Source: a virus (taxonomy: Duplodnaviria; Caudoviricetes). From it: a stretch of 60,283 nucleotides of DNA. The translations under genes and the position numbers were made by a program. Below the pieces are notes generated by a model, which saw only the letters and a program-made list of their open reading frames with translations, was not told where the DNA came from and did no database searches. Location: positions 1-60,283 of the IMG/VR virus record IMGVR_UViG_3300021086_000005; one strand, written 5' to 3'. Shown here piece by piece: positions 1 through 8,379 of this stretch. Positions within the stretch are counted from its first letter, which is position 1. Each line of letters begins with the position of its first letter.

Positions 1-128
1 CACTGCGGCCGACGGACTGACCTCGTGTTCCGCAACTGGCTCCGCAACCAATTCGATCAAGTCAAGGAGATCCTCATGGCCACCCAGGCCGACATCGACG
101 CCATCACCGCCCAGCTCACCTCGTTCCA
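1..128. repeat. Terminal overlap copy 1 (circular contig); matches 60156..60283 except A103 vs C60258
   Basis: Direct comparison of both ends, 127/128 identical. Confidence 0.95.
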
Positions 129-285
129 GGCCGCGATCACCGGGGACGTCTCGGCCCTCGCCGCCGACGTGGCCGCGATCCAGGCCGCAGCCGCGAGCCT
201 GGCGACGAACGTGGGCAACCTCGGCACCACCGTGGGCACCGTGACCGCGCTCGTGCCGGCACCGCCCCCGCCGCCGGCTGTCTGA
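76..285 (+). CDS. Small coiled-coil protein at end of lysis cassette (alternative GTG start at 25)
   Basis: AAGGAG RBS before ATG76; follows the holin across the circular junction. Confidence 0.65.
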   Translation: MATQADIDAITAQLTSFQAAITGDVSALAADVAAIQAAAASLATNVGNLGTTVGTVTALVPAPPPPPAV

Positions 286-330
286 CCCGCCGGTTCCCGA
301 GACGGCCGCTGGTCCCCCAGCAGCGGTCGA

Positions 331-376
331 CGGCCCCCGTGCTCCCGCTTCGGCGGTTGAGCACTGGGGCCGTTTT
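331..376 (+). terminator. Intrinsic terminator ending the late operon
   Basis: Imperfect stem CGGCCCCCGTGCTC-CCGC-TTCG-GCGG-TTGAGCACTGGGGCCG followed by TTTT, between convergent genes. Confidence 0.75.
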
Positions 377-387
377 GGCGCGCCCGG

Positions 388-747
388 TCAGGTCTCGTCT
401 GTGGTGGTCCTCGCGTCTTCCGCGCGGGTGATCTTGCCGGATAACACCTGCGACCGCACCGACCCGTGCCGCTCACACCCGGTGCTTTCCGCGAACACCC
501 GCGCACCGCACCGGCACGTCCAGTTGCGGGCCCTCCACCGGCGGCGCAAGTAGGTCAGACTGACCGGCCACACGGACCGGCCCTCGACATGGCCCTTCGT
601 CACAATGTCTCCTCCCAGTAGGACAGCGGCCCGATTCGTCGGGGCTGTTTCGTGCGCGGTGTAGGTGAGGCTTTCGGCGTCCGCCACCAGATCGGCGAGC
701 CGGGCCAGGATCGTCTCCGCGCTGAGATCCTCAGGTCGCGGCGCCAT
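388..747 (-). CDS. Hypothetical protein with C-terminal Cys/His cluster
   Basis: ATG747 overlaps end of upstream XRE gene; CRCG...CERH motif. Confidence 0.5.
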   Translation of the reverse strand: MAPRPEDLSAETILARLADLVADAESLTYTAHETAPTNRAAVLLGGDIVTKGHVEGRSVWPVSLTYLRRRWRARNWTCRCGARVFAESTGCERHGSVRSQVLSGKITRAEDARTTTDET

Positions 748-1084
748 CACTGCCCACAGTGTTGAGAGCGGCTTCGACGTGCCCCAGCCGTTCGTCGATC
801 TGGCGTAGCAGGCGCATCTCCACCGAGTCAAACGCGCGACGCTGGAGTGCGAGGTCCAGCAATTCTGGCGCACTCGTCCCCAGCGCCTCGCAGATCTCAA
901 CGAGGCGCGGAATCGAGCACAGGCGGATTCCCTGCTCGTAACCGGCGTAGGTATTGACCGGCATCTGTGTCTGCATTTGCTTGATCAATTCTGGGCGCGT
1001 CCAACCAACACTTCCACGGGCCCGTCGGAGTTCGTCGCCGATCGCCCGAACGATCGCCCGATCGGCGCTGTCCTCAGCCTCCAT
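731..1084 (-). CDS. XRE-family HTH regulator
   Basis: IGDELRRARGSVGWTRPEL...TYAGYEQGIRLCSIPRLVEICEALG. Confidence 0.85.
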   Translation of the reverse strand: MEAEDSADRAIVRAIGDELRRARGSVGWTRPELIKQMQTQMPVNTYAGYEQGIRLCSIPRLVEICEALGTSAPELLDLALQRRAFDSVEMRLLRQIDERLGHVEAALNTVGSDGAAT

Positions 1085-1595
1085 CGCAATGGTGCTCCTC
1101 CGGCTCGGACGGCACGAGTTCCTCGGCACGCGCGACGATGTCGCTGAACTTGCGACCGAGGATTTCACAGAAGGCGATCAGCAGGGGCAGCGGATATGAC
1201 TCCCTCCGGGCCAGCTCCACACGCGACACCGTCGAGGCCCACATTCCGAGCCGCCGAGCCGCTTCGGTCTGTGTCATCTGCGCCTCGCGCTCCTCGCGCA
1301 GCAGCCGGCACACCGTTTCGATCCTGGCATCAGCGATTGTTTGCAGGTCGCTAGGTAAGCCGGGCACGAACGCGGCCACGCCCGGACTTTCTTCGGGCTC
1401 GTCAGCGTTCTTCGCGTGACGCAAGCCCCAGGGGCCCCGGAATTCCACCCCGGCCTGCGCCAGATCCTGGTGGACAGTCCCATAACTGACCTTGACCTGG
1501 GCCGCTATCTCCCGAACGGTGAGGTTCTCGTCCCTGTACATCCGGACCTCGTCGGCGATGCGAGCCGCTCGCGCTTCCTGCTTTTTCGTGCCCAC
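1074..1595 (-). CDS. Double HTH protein (N-terminal HTH + C-terminal XRE)
   Basis: LTVREIAAQVKVSYGTVHQDL and MTQTEAARRLGMWASTVSRVELARR; start uncertain (ORF open to 1652). Confidence 0.8.
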   Translation of the reverse strand: MGTKKQEARAARIADEVRMYRDENLTVREIAAQVKVSYGTVHQDLAQAGVEFRGPWGLRHAKNADEPEESPGVAAFVPGLPSDLQTIADARIETVCRLLREEREAQMTQTEAARRLGMWASTVSRVELARRESYPLPLLIAFCEILGRKFSDIVARAEELVPSEPEEHHCDGG

Positions 1596-1754
1596 TGGTG
1601 ACGTGCATTCCTCTCGGCTCGACGGCTGGTCATCGGGCGCGGTGACGCCCACGTTCTCGTGGCTCGGCCTCCCGGATCACGGCGCCAGCGCACAGGGCCA
1701 TGGCGAGCACGTCCAGGACCAGCAGCACAACACCGACCGGGTGCGGGACCTGGA

Positions 1755-1982
1755 TCACGGCTTGCGGTACTCGGGCGGGCTGATGATCCGGGCGTCGTCG
1801 ACCATCAAGGTGCACCACACGTACGGCGCGAGGTCGTCGCACACCTGGTAGGTCCGGGAGCCGGTGCCGCGCTCGTAGTAGCAGACCCGGCCGGTGCGCG
1901 CGACGCCCTCGACCCTGTAGGTCATGGCGAGGCCGATCGGCGGGCGACGGTCGGCGTCGATCTGGTGCTGCGTCGCTGCCAT
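1755..1982 (-). CDS. Hypothetical protein
   Basis: Member of tightly overlapping leftward operon. Confidence 0.5.
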   Translation of the reverse strand: MAATQHQIDADRRPPIGLAMTYRVEGVARTGRVCYYERGTGSRTYQVCDDLAPYVWCTLMVDDARIISPPEYRKP

Positions 1983-2359
1983 CACTGCTGCGCCTGCCTG
2001 CTCGACGCCAGCATCCGGGCCAGTACGCGAGTGCAGGAGACGCACCGGGGCAGACGTGTGCCGTCCTCCAGGCCCAGTTTGTCGACCAGCGCGTTCCAGC
2101 CGTCCAGCGTCAGCGCGACCGGCCGCCCAAACCACACGTCGAGGATCGGTCCGGCTGGCACGTAGTGCGACTTAGCCAAGGTCAGCGAGGCTGCCCAGCC
2201 GCCGTGGGTCACAGCGGGAGCGGCAGGGTCGGGGACTACCGCTCCCGCCGTGGGTTGGGGGCCGGGGGCAGCGTGGTGCTGGGTCGCTGCCCCCGGCTGC
2301 GCGGCGGGGTTGGAGGCGGCGAGGGGCACCGCACCCGCCGCGCGCTCGGGGGATGTCAT
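1982..2359 (-). CDS. Hypothetical protein (Pro/Ala-rich N-terminus, Cys motif)
   Basis: ATGA overlap with upstream gene. Confidence 0.5.
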   Translation of the reverse strand: MTSPERAAGAVPLAASNPAAQPGAATQHHAAPGPQPTAGAVVPDPAAPAVTHGGWAASLTLAKSHYVPAGPILDVWFGRPVALTLDGWNALVDKLGLEDGTRLPRCVSCTRVLARMLASSRQAQQ

Positions 2360-2547
2360 TGCAGCTCGCCTTGCGCCACACCGATCGCTGCGCCGAGCTT
2401 GACCCGGATCTCCTGCGCGGTCAGGGCGTCGGCGCAGCCCGTGACAGTGACGTCCTCCCAGGTGAGAGCCATCGTGATCTTGTCACTGCCATGGATGGTC
2501 TCGAAGACCAGCACTCCATCGGCTAGGACTACTCTCCACGTGGCCAC
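2356..2547 (-). CDS. Small hypothetical protein divergent from the XRE-DUF5753 gene
   Basis: GGAGGT RBS before GTG2547. Confidence 0.55.
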   Translation of the reverse strand: MATWRVVLADGVLVFETIHGSDKITMALTWEDVTVTGCADALTAQEIRVKLGAAIGVAQGELQ

Positions 2548-2564
2548 GGTCACCTCCGGACTGC

Positions 2565-2668
2565 TGTCACATCTGTCACGTGACAGCATGAGTGTCACGT
2601 GACAGTATGGCAATGGCCCATTCGGGGGATCGTGTAAACGGCTCGACCAGCAAGTAGGCTTTGTCACA
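2565..2668. promoter_or_regulatory. Operator region with TGTCACGTGACA palindromes between divergent genes
   Basis: CTGTCACGTGACAG 2573-2586, TGTCACGTGACA 2593-2604, TGTCAC half sites at 2565 and 2662. Confidence 0.65.
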
Positions 2669-3516
2669 TGACCGTGAACAGGGGTGGCGCAGGGGCTGCG
2701 CACGAGCTCGGCGCCGGCCTCCGGGCACTGCGCGAGCGTGCGGAACTCACCACTCGCGCGCTCGCCTGGCGCGTCGAAGCGTCCGCGGCCAACGTCAGCA
2801 ACTGGGAACGCAGCGAACGCCTTCTATCCGAAGAGCGCCTGATCAAGATCCTCGAAGTGCTGCAAGCTCCCGACGATGAGCGCGAACGCCTGCTCGGTCT
2901 GCGCCGGCAAGCCGAAGGGCCTGGACAGCTCGTGTCCGGCGCGCCCAGCATCGGACCACAACTGGCGAAGCTGATCGAGCACGAGCAGGTCGCCCGCAGC
3001 ATCACCGACGTCGCACCACTGCTGATCCCCGGGTTGTTGCAGACCAGTGACTATGCCCGCGCCACCCTCACCGACCAGCGGGACGTCGATACACGGATTG
3101 CACTACGGATCGGGCGCCGCGATGTCCTGACCCGCACACGGCAGCCTGCCGAACTGGTCGCGCTGATCGACTCGGAGGCGCTGATTCGGCCGGTCGCGTC
3201 ACCGCATGTCATGGCGGACCAACTGCGACACCTGCTGCGCATGGCCGAACTGCCCAATGTCACGATCCAGTTGGTATCGAGCACGGCGTCGGGCTACAAC
3301 CCGATGCTGACCGGGCCGTTCATCCTGCTCGAATTCCCCACCGCGCCGCCGATCGTGCATGTGGAGCACTATCAGGCCAGCGCGTTCATCTGGGAGAACG
3401 AAGACGTCCACGGCTTCCAAGCCGCGGTCGAGAAGATCCACAACGTGGCGATGACCCCGGCGGACACGGCCAGGGTCATCGCGGAGCTCGTCAACGGAAT
3501 GGAGCCGGAGACATGA
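2668..3516 (+). CDS. XRE HTH + DUF5753 protein (WhiJ/Scr1-like)
   Basis: N-terminal HTH, LLIPGLLQTSDYARA, QLRHLLRMAELPNVTIQLV motifs; followed by DUF397 genes. Confidence 0.9.
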   Translation: MTVNRGGAGAAHELGAGLRALRERAELTTRALAWRVEASAANVSNWERSERLLSEERLIKILEVLQAPDDERERLLGLRRQAEGPGQLVSGAPSIGPQLAKLIEHEQVARSITDVAPLLIPGLLQTSDYARATLTDQRDVDTRIALRIGRRDVLTRTRQPAELVALIDSEALIRPVASPHVMADQLRHLLRMAELPNVTIQLVSSTASGYNPMLTGPFILLEFPTAPPIVHVEHYQASAFIWENEDVHGFQAAVEKIHNVAMTPADTARVIAELVNGMEPET

Positions 3517-3701
3517 TGACAGTACCAATTCAGACGGCCCGCTGGCGCAAGTCCAGCCGGTCCAGCAGCAACGACACCTGCGTGGAGCTCGTGCACACGC
3601 TCGATCAGGTTCGGGACAGCAAGAACGTAAACGGCCCGACCCTTCGGATCAATGCCGCTGCTCTCGTGGCTGCGGTGAAGGGCAACCGGATCAGCAGGTA
3701 G
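3513..3701 (+). CDS. DUF397 protein
   Basis: WRKSSRS...CVEL...VRDSKN..GPTL signature. Confidence 0.9.
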   Translation: MMTVPIQTARWRKSSRSSSNDTCVELVHTLDQVRDSKNVNGPTLRINAAALVAAVKGNRISR

Positions 3702-3758
3702 CGCGGAGATTCAGCGGCAGAAGGTGCTGCGCAGCCGAAGCGATTGGAAGTGAGAGTG

Positions 3759-3929
3759 ATGGAACACGCGACCTGGCGTAAGTCCACACGCTCGGGCTCG
3801 CAGTCTAACTGCGTGGAGCTAGCAGCGCACGGTGCGGTGAGGGACAGCAAGAACCCGACTGGACCTGTCCTGAGCGTGGATATCGCGGCACTCGTAGCCG
3901 CAGTGAAGGCTGGCCACGTCAGCCAGTAG
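3759..3929 (+). CDS. DUF397 protein (second paralog)
   Basis: WRKSTRSGSQSNCVELA...VRDSKNPTGPVL. Confidence 0.9.
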   Translation: MEHATWRKSTRSGSQSNCVELAAHGAVRDSKNPTGPVLSVDIAALVAAVKAGHVSQ

Positions 3930-3937
3930 CACCGATC

Positions 3938-3976
3938 GAACGCCCCCGGCATCCGCAAAGGAAGCCGGGGGCGTTC
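3938..3976. terminator. Hairpin terminator after DUF397 pair
   Basis: GAACGCCCCCGGC...GCCGGGGGCGTTC 13-bp stem. Confidence 0.7.
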
Positions 3977-3999
3977 CGCTGTCGCCACGGGTTAGACTG

Positions 4000-5159
4000 C
4001 TGGCGCCAGGCTGTCGGCAGCTGGCGACAGCGCTAGTTATTTGGACGCCCCCCGGCGGTGCTACCAACACCAACCGGGGGACTTGATCGCCCCAGGAGGC
4101 GACCCGCATGGATCGTAGTGTCACCACTGGCGACGCCACGTGAGCACCCTGGCGCCAGTCGTCGATCAAATCCGCCAGGAGTTCGCCAGGGCCGACAGCG
4201 ATCGCCAGCCCCGCCCTGGCCGCCCCGCCCTCGTGCAGCTCACTGGCGCCACCGACTACCGGGTACGCAAGGCTCTGGAGACCATCGAGCGGGACCTGGC
4301 GCCAGAGCCGCCGCCAGTCGCTGAGATGTCACCAGTGGTCGCCAATCCCGAACCTGCCGCTGTCGCCAGCGCTGGCGAGCCGATCGCCAGCCCACCGATT
4401 CACCGCGGCTGGCTGGCACTGCTGGCGCTGCCCGCTTTCGTGGCGGTGTGGGGCGGCTGGGTCGGGCTCGGCGCCCTAGCCGGGTTCGGGCCGGTAGCGC
4501 TACTCCCCGGCATCGCGGACCACTTCACGGTGAACCTGGCGGTCACGCTGCCGGCCGGCATGGAGGTCTACGCGGTCATCGGCCTCCGGGTGTGGCTGTC
4601 CAGCCGGACCCGGACCGAACGCACCCGGCGGTTCGCCGCCTGGTCGAGCTGCGCAGCACTGCTGGTCGGGTGTTCCGGGCAGGTCGCCTACCACGTGCTG
4701 GCCCGACCCGCGACGGGTGCACCACTGGGCGTCACGGTCGCTGTCGCGTGCCTGCCTGTCGCGCTGCTCGGCATGGGTGCGGCCCTGTTCCACCTGGTCG
4801 CCGACGACCAGCGCGGTATCGCTGGCGCCAGCAGGCCCGCCAGTTCCTGATCGACCCACCAGCCGCTGGGCGGCGGCACACAGGCCTCGAAACCAGGCCG
4901 CCGCCCAGCGAACCACCTCGCAAGGAGGCACACCCATCATGGTCGAAAATGACCATGGCGCGGACGTGACCGCGCGGTCATTCACTCCGATGGCGGACAC
5001 CTGGCGCCAGCGGGTCGCCAGCCTGGACTCCGCGGCGCACCCGTCTGGGGACATCGACGCCGCCGCGACTGCCAAGGCCGGGCCGCTGGCGGTCCTGACG
5101 ACAGCGCTGGCGAAGGTCCTGGCGCCAGTCGGCGCCAGGCTGGCGACCACTGGCGCCAG
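4000..5159. repeat. Dispersed palindromes CTGGCGCCAG (7 perfect copies plus many half sites)
   Basis: Copies at 4000, 4149, 4296, 4822, 5001, 5119, 5150. Confidence 0.85.
4140..4850 (+). CDS. SpdA/DUF2637-like plasmid spread membrane protein
   Basis: N-terminal helical RPGRPALVQLTGATDYRVRKAL, about four TM segments (WLALLALPAFVAVWGGWVGLG...GQVAYHVL...LPVALLGMGAALFHL); context upstream of TraB. Confidence 0.65.
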   Translation: MSTLAPVVDQIRQEFARADSDRQPRPGRPALVQLTGATDYRVRKALETIERDLAPEPPPVAEMSPVVANPEPAAVASAGEPIASPPIHRGWLALLALPAFVAVWGGWVGLGALAGFGPVALLPGIADHFTVNLAVTLPAGMEVYAVIGLRVWLSSRTRTERTRRFAAWSSCAALLVGCSGQVAYHVLARPATGAPLGVTVAVACLPVALLGMGAALFHLVADDQRGIAGASRPASS

Positions 5160-5172
5160 GTGTCGCCCATGA
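4939..5172 (+). CDS. Small hypothetical protein of the transfer module
   Basis: AAGGAGG RBS; ATGA overlap with transglycosylase gene. Confidence 0.55.
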   Translation: MVENDHGADVTARSFTPMADTWRQRVASLDSAAHPSGDIDAAATAKAGPLAVLTTALAKVLAPVGARLATTGARCRP

Positions 5173-5690
5173 CTTGGCACGGCTGCCTGTGGAAGATCAC
5201 CGTCCTGCTCGGCGGGGTCGCGCTGATCGGCGCCACAGTCCGTCCTCACGGCGGGATCAGCGCCGCCTTGACGGGCGCACAGGGGCCCACCTCGGTGGCC
5301 GGGATTCCCGCGCGCTACCTCGCCGATTACCGGGCGGCCGGAACGATGTGCCCGCGGCTGGACTGGGCGATCCTGGCGGGCATCGGCGCGGTCGAGACCA
5401 ACCACGGCCAATCACCCCTCCCCGGTGTGGCTTCGGGTGCGAACTTCGCTGGCGCGGAAGGCCCGATGCAGTTCCTGACCAGCACGTTCGCGTCGGTCCG
5501 TGCCCGGCACCGAGACGTCGGCCCAGACATCTACAGCCCGGACGCGGCGATCCCCGCTGCTGCGCACTTGCTGTGCGACAACGGCTACTCCACCAACCCC
5601 TACGGCGCGATCTGGACCTACAACCACGCCGACTGGTACGTGCGCGAGGTCCGGGCTCGCGCAGCCGGTTACCGCGCGGTCGGCACCTAA
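5169..5690 (+). CDS. Secreted/anchored lytic transglycosylase (SLT-like)
   Basis: N-terminal hydrophobic segment; WAILAGIGAVETNHG (catalytic Glu), GAEGPMQFL, AIWTYNHADWYV. Confidence 0.85.
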   Translation: MTWHGCLWKITVLLGGVALIGATVRPHGGISAALTGAQGPTSVAGIPARYLADYRAAGTMCPRLDWAILAGIGAVETNHGQSPLPGVASGANFAGAEGPMQFLTSTFASVRARHRDVGPDIYSPDAAIPAAAHLLCDNGYSTNPYGAIWTYNHADWYVREVRARAAGYRAVGT

Positions 5691-5746
5691 ATGCCCCCTC
5701 CAGTACGCAAACCGTCCATACGGACCACAACGAAAGGTCAACAACG

Positions 5747-5905
5747 ATGATCACTCCTACTCCCACGAACCGCCGGCTGGCTTGGGTGCTGCGCATCGGC
5801 GGCGGCGGCCTCGCGCTGCTCCTGGCGGTCGGGTTCGGCGTGCAGGTGCAATACGACCACCACATCATCGCCCTGGCGCCCGCCGTATCCGCCCAGCGCG
5901 CCTGA
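5747..5905 (+). CDS. Small single-TM protein (Spd-like)
   Basis: GAAAGG RBS; hydrophobic LAWVLRIGGGGLALLLAVGFGV. Confidence 0.55.
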   Translation: MITPTPTNRRLAWVLRIGGGGLALLLAVGFGVQVQYDHHIIALAPAVSAQRA

Positions 5906-5938
5906 ACGCCCCGCCAGCAAGCCCAACCAGCGAAAAGG

Positions 5939-6106
5939 ATGAATAACAAGATCATGAAGAGACTGTCAACGCCGGCGAAGGTACTGCTCACCGTCGTCCT
6001 GGTCGCCCTCGCCTACGGCGTGGGCCAAGCGCGACTGGCGCAGGGCGTGAACCCCGACGTGCTGCACCTGGACACCCACCCCACCGCTGTCGCCGCGCAG
6101 CACTGA
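5939..6106 (+). CDS. Small single-TM protein (not in ORF track)
   Basis: Manual translation MNNKIMKRLSTPAKVLLTVVLVALAYGVGQARL...QH*. Confidence 0.5.
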   Translation: MNNKIMKRLSTPAKVLLTVVLVALAYGVGQARLAQGVNPDVLHLDTHPTAVAAQH

Positions 6107-6177
6107 CCCGCTGGGTGCGCGCCTGTGCATCGGGCGACGGTGCGCACCCAGCGGGCCCACTGGACAGGAGAGACGAA

Positions 6178-8376
6178 ATGAGCACCGAGTCGGATAACGC
6201 GAACGTAGAGCCGGCGGGCGAACTGGCGAACGTGCGATACCTGCCGGTGCGCACCGACACCACGGCCGTCGAGGACGTCGTTGACGGCGTGATCTGCGAC
6301 CAGGACGAATACGACCGGCTGACCTCCCTGCGCGGGCAGGCGGGCAGGCTCGTCGCGCGGGCAGTGCGGGTGGTGACACCGGTCTCCGACCCGGCTGACC
6401 TGCGCCGCGTGGCTGGCGCGATCTGGACCGGCCACGCGGTGTGGGCACGGCGGATCGCTGACGGCGCCGGCCACGCGATGATCCGCCGCGAGATCGACGC
6501 CGCCCGGATGACCGGCGACCTGGTGGCCCTCGCCGCGACGCATGACCGGCTGGTAGCCGCCCAGCAGCGGAGGGCGCAGCGACTGAACCACGCCCCGCAG
6601 ACCGTGTGGGCGCTGCTCAAGGCCGCCGCGCTGATCATGGCTTCGCTGCTGGTGGTTGCGGTCGCGGTCGGCGGGGTCTGCGCCATCTACCACCCGCTGG
6701 GCGTCGGGTGGTCGGACTGGTGGGGTCTGATCGGCGACGGGATCAACCTCGCGGCCACGGTGACCGTGATCGCGGTCAACATCGCCCTGTGGGGCACCGT
6801 GCCGGCCTGGCTGGTGGCCGCGTACCGCACCGGCCGTACGCAGGTCGCCGCACCGACGTGGATGGCGCCGGCCGGCCACGAGGGTGTCGACGGGCGGGAG
6901 ATCCTGCCGACCGCGGACATGATCCTCTCGGCGCTGGCCCACCTCGGCATCGCGGCGCTGGACAAAGCGTTCAAGCAGGGATTCGGCACCACGAAATGGC
7001 CGCTACAGATCTTCGAGGGCCCGGTCGTCGCCGATGGCCTGGGGTACATGGCCCGGATTCGCCTGCCGCAGGGTTGCGACGTCGAGAAGGTCGTGGCACG
7101 CAAGGCGACGCTGGCGCACAACCTCGTCCGCACCCAGCGGGAAGTGTGGATCACAGAGCCTTCGGCGGCTGTCCTCGGCCTGTGGATGGCCAACCCTGGC
7201 GCGCTGTCCGGCGCGGTGCCCGAGTGGCCGCTGCTCGCCGAACTGGAGACCGCCCAGACCGACTACTGGAAGGCGGTCCCGGTCGGGTTCGACCTGCGCG
7301 GGGACGTCGTCAACGGCCGGTTCTTCGAGTGCAACTGGGCGCTGGGCGGGGCGATGGGCTCGGGTAAGTCCACGCTGGTCATCGTGGGGGTCCTCGGCGC
7401 GATGCTGGACCCGCTGGTGGAGATCGACGTGTTCGTGTGCGCCCCGAATGCGGACTACGAGCCGATGCGCGCCCGCCTGCGGACGCTGGAGACCGGCACC
7501 GGTGACGACGTGCCCGATGCGGCTGTGGCCTGCATGCAGGAACTGTACGACTCGATCGAGTATCGGGGTCGGGCGCTACAGGACAAGACGATCAACAAAG
7601 AGGGGGCCCGGTCGATCACGCGGGCCATGGCCCGGCGAGACCCCCGGTTGCGGCCCCGGATCGTGATCATCGACGAGTGCCAGCGGGTTTTCGCCGACCA
7701 CGACAAGGTCGACAAGGTCAGCAAGAAGGGCCTGTCGCGCGGTGAGATCGCGACCGATGTCGCGGTGCAGTTGGTCAACGCGGGCCGCAAATACGCCATC
7801 ACGCTGATCTTGCTGACCCCCGAGCCGACCGGGAACAGCCTCCCCCGCAAGCTGATGACCGTGTTCACCCACAAGGCGTGCGGCGCGATCGGTGACCAGA
7901 CCAGCAACGACGCCGTGCTGAACACCGGGAGCTACAAGGCCGGGATCAGCGCGGTAGGACTGGACCCGAAGACGGACGACGCGCTCAACGACTGCGGCAC
8001 GCTGATGACCAGGGGTTTCATGGGCAAGCCGGGTTTGCTGCGGAGCTGCTACGTGGGTCCGGCCGACGCGGCACGGGTCACGGCCCGCGCGATGCAGCTA
8101 CGGGAAGGTCACGCGCCGGCTGCGATCGAGGCGCCCCGCGACGTGCTGGCCGACGTGGAGACCGTGCTCCGCGGTGGCGACGTCAAGGCCAGCGACGTCG
8201 CGGCGAGGCTGCGGAACCTGGCACGGGGTGATCCGCAGTACGCCGATCTAACCGCCGAGGGGCTGGCCGCGCTGCTCGACGACCTGGACGTGCCGGTGCG
8301 GCTGAAGGACGGTTACCTCACGGTGCGTGTGGCTCGGGTTCGGGCCGCGATCGCCGAACGGGAGGCCAGCGAGTAG
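6178..8376 (+). CDS. traB: TraB-type FtsK/SpoIIIE conjugative dsDNA translocase
   Basis: N-terminal TM helices, Walker A GAMGSGKS, Walker B IVIIDE, C-terminal winged-helix-like region; AGGAG RBS. Confidence 0.85.
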   Translation: MSTESDNANVEPAGELANVRYLPVRTDTTAVEDVVDGVICDQDEYDRLTSLRGQAGRLVARAVRVVTPVSDPADLRRVAGAIWTGHAVWARRIADGAGHAMIRREIDAARMTGDLVALAATHDRLVAAQQRRAQRLNHAPQTVWALLKAAALIMASLLVVAVAVGGVCAIYHPLGVGWSDWWGLIGDGINLAATVTVIAVNIALWGTVPAWLVAAYRTGRTQVAAPTWMAPAGHEGVDGREILPTADMILSALAHLGIAALDKAFKQGFGTTKWPLQIFEGPVVADGLGYMARIRLPQGCDVEKVVARKATLAHNLVRTQREVWITEPSAAVLGLWMANPGALSGAVPEWPLLAELETAQTDYWKAVPVGFDLRGDVVNGRFFECNWALGGAMGSGKSTLVIVGVLGAMLDPLVEIDVFVCAPNADYEPMRARLRTLETGTGDDVPDAAVACMQELYDSIEYRGRALQDKTINKEGARSITRAMARRDPRLRPRIVIIDECQRVFADHDKVDKVSKKGLSRGEIATDVAVQLVNAGRKYAITLILLTPEPTGNSLPRKLMTVFTHKACGAIGDQTSNDAVLNTGSYKAGISAVGLDPKTDDALNDCGTLMTRGFMGKPGLLRSCYVGPADAARVTARAMQLREGHAPAAIEAPRDVLADVETVLRGGDVKASDVAARLRNLARGDPQYADLTAEGLAALLDDLDVPVRLKDGYLTVRVARVRAAIAEREASE

Positions 8377-8379
8377 CGA

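Noticed and set aside
1-128. Physical direct terminal repeat
   Set aside because: Length is close to an assembly k-mer and the position is arbitrary within the lysis cassette; more likely a circularization overlap.
4140-4850. ABC transporter permease
   Set aside because: No ABC ATPase or binding protein nearby; context is plasmid transfer.
6178-8376. Chromosomal FtsK or type VII secretion EccC
   Set aside because: Single ATPase domain, no WXG100 or cell-division neighbours, clt-like repeats downstream.
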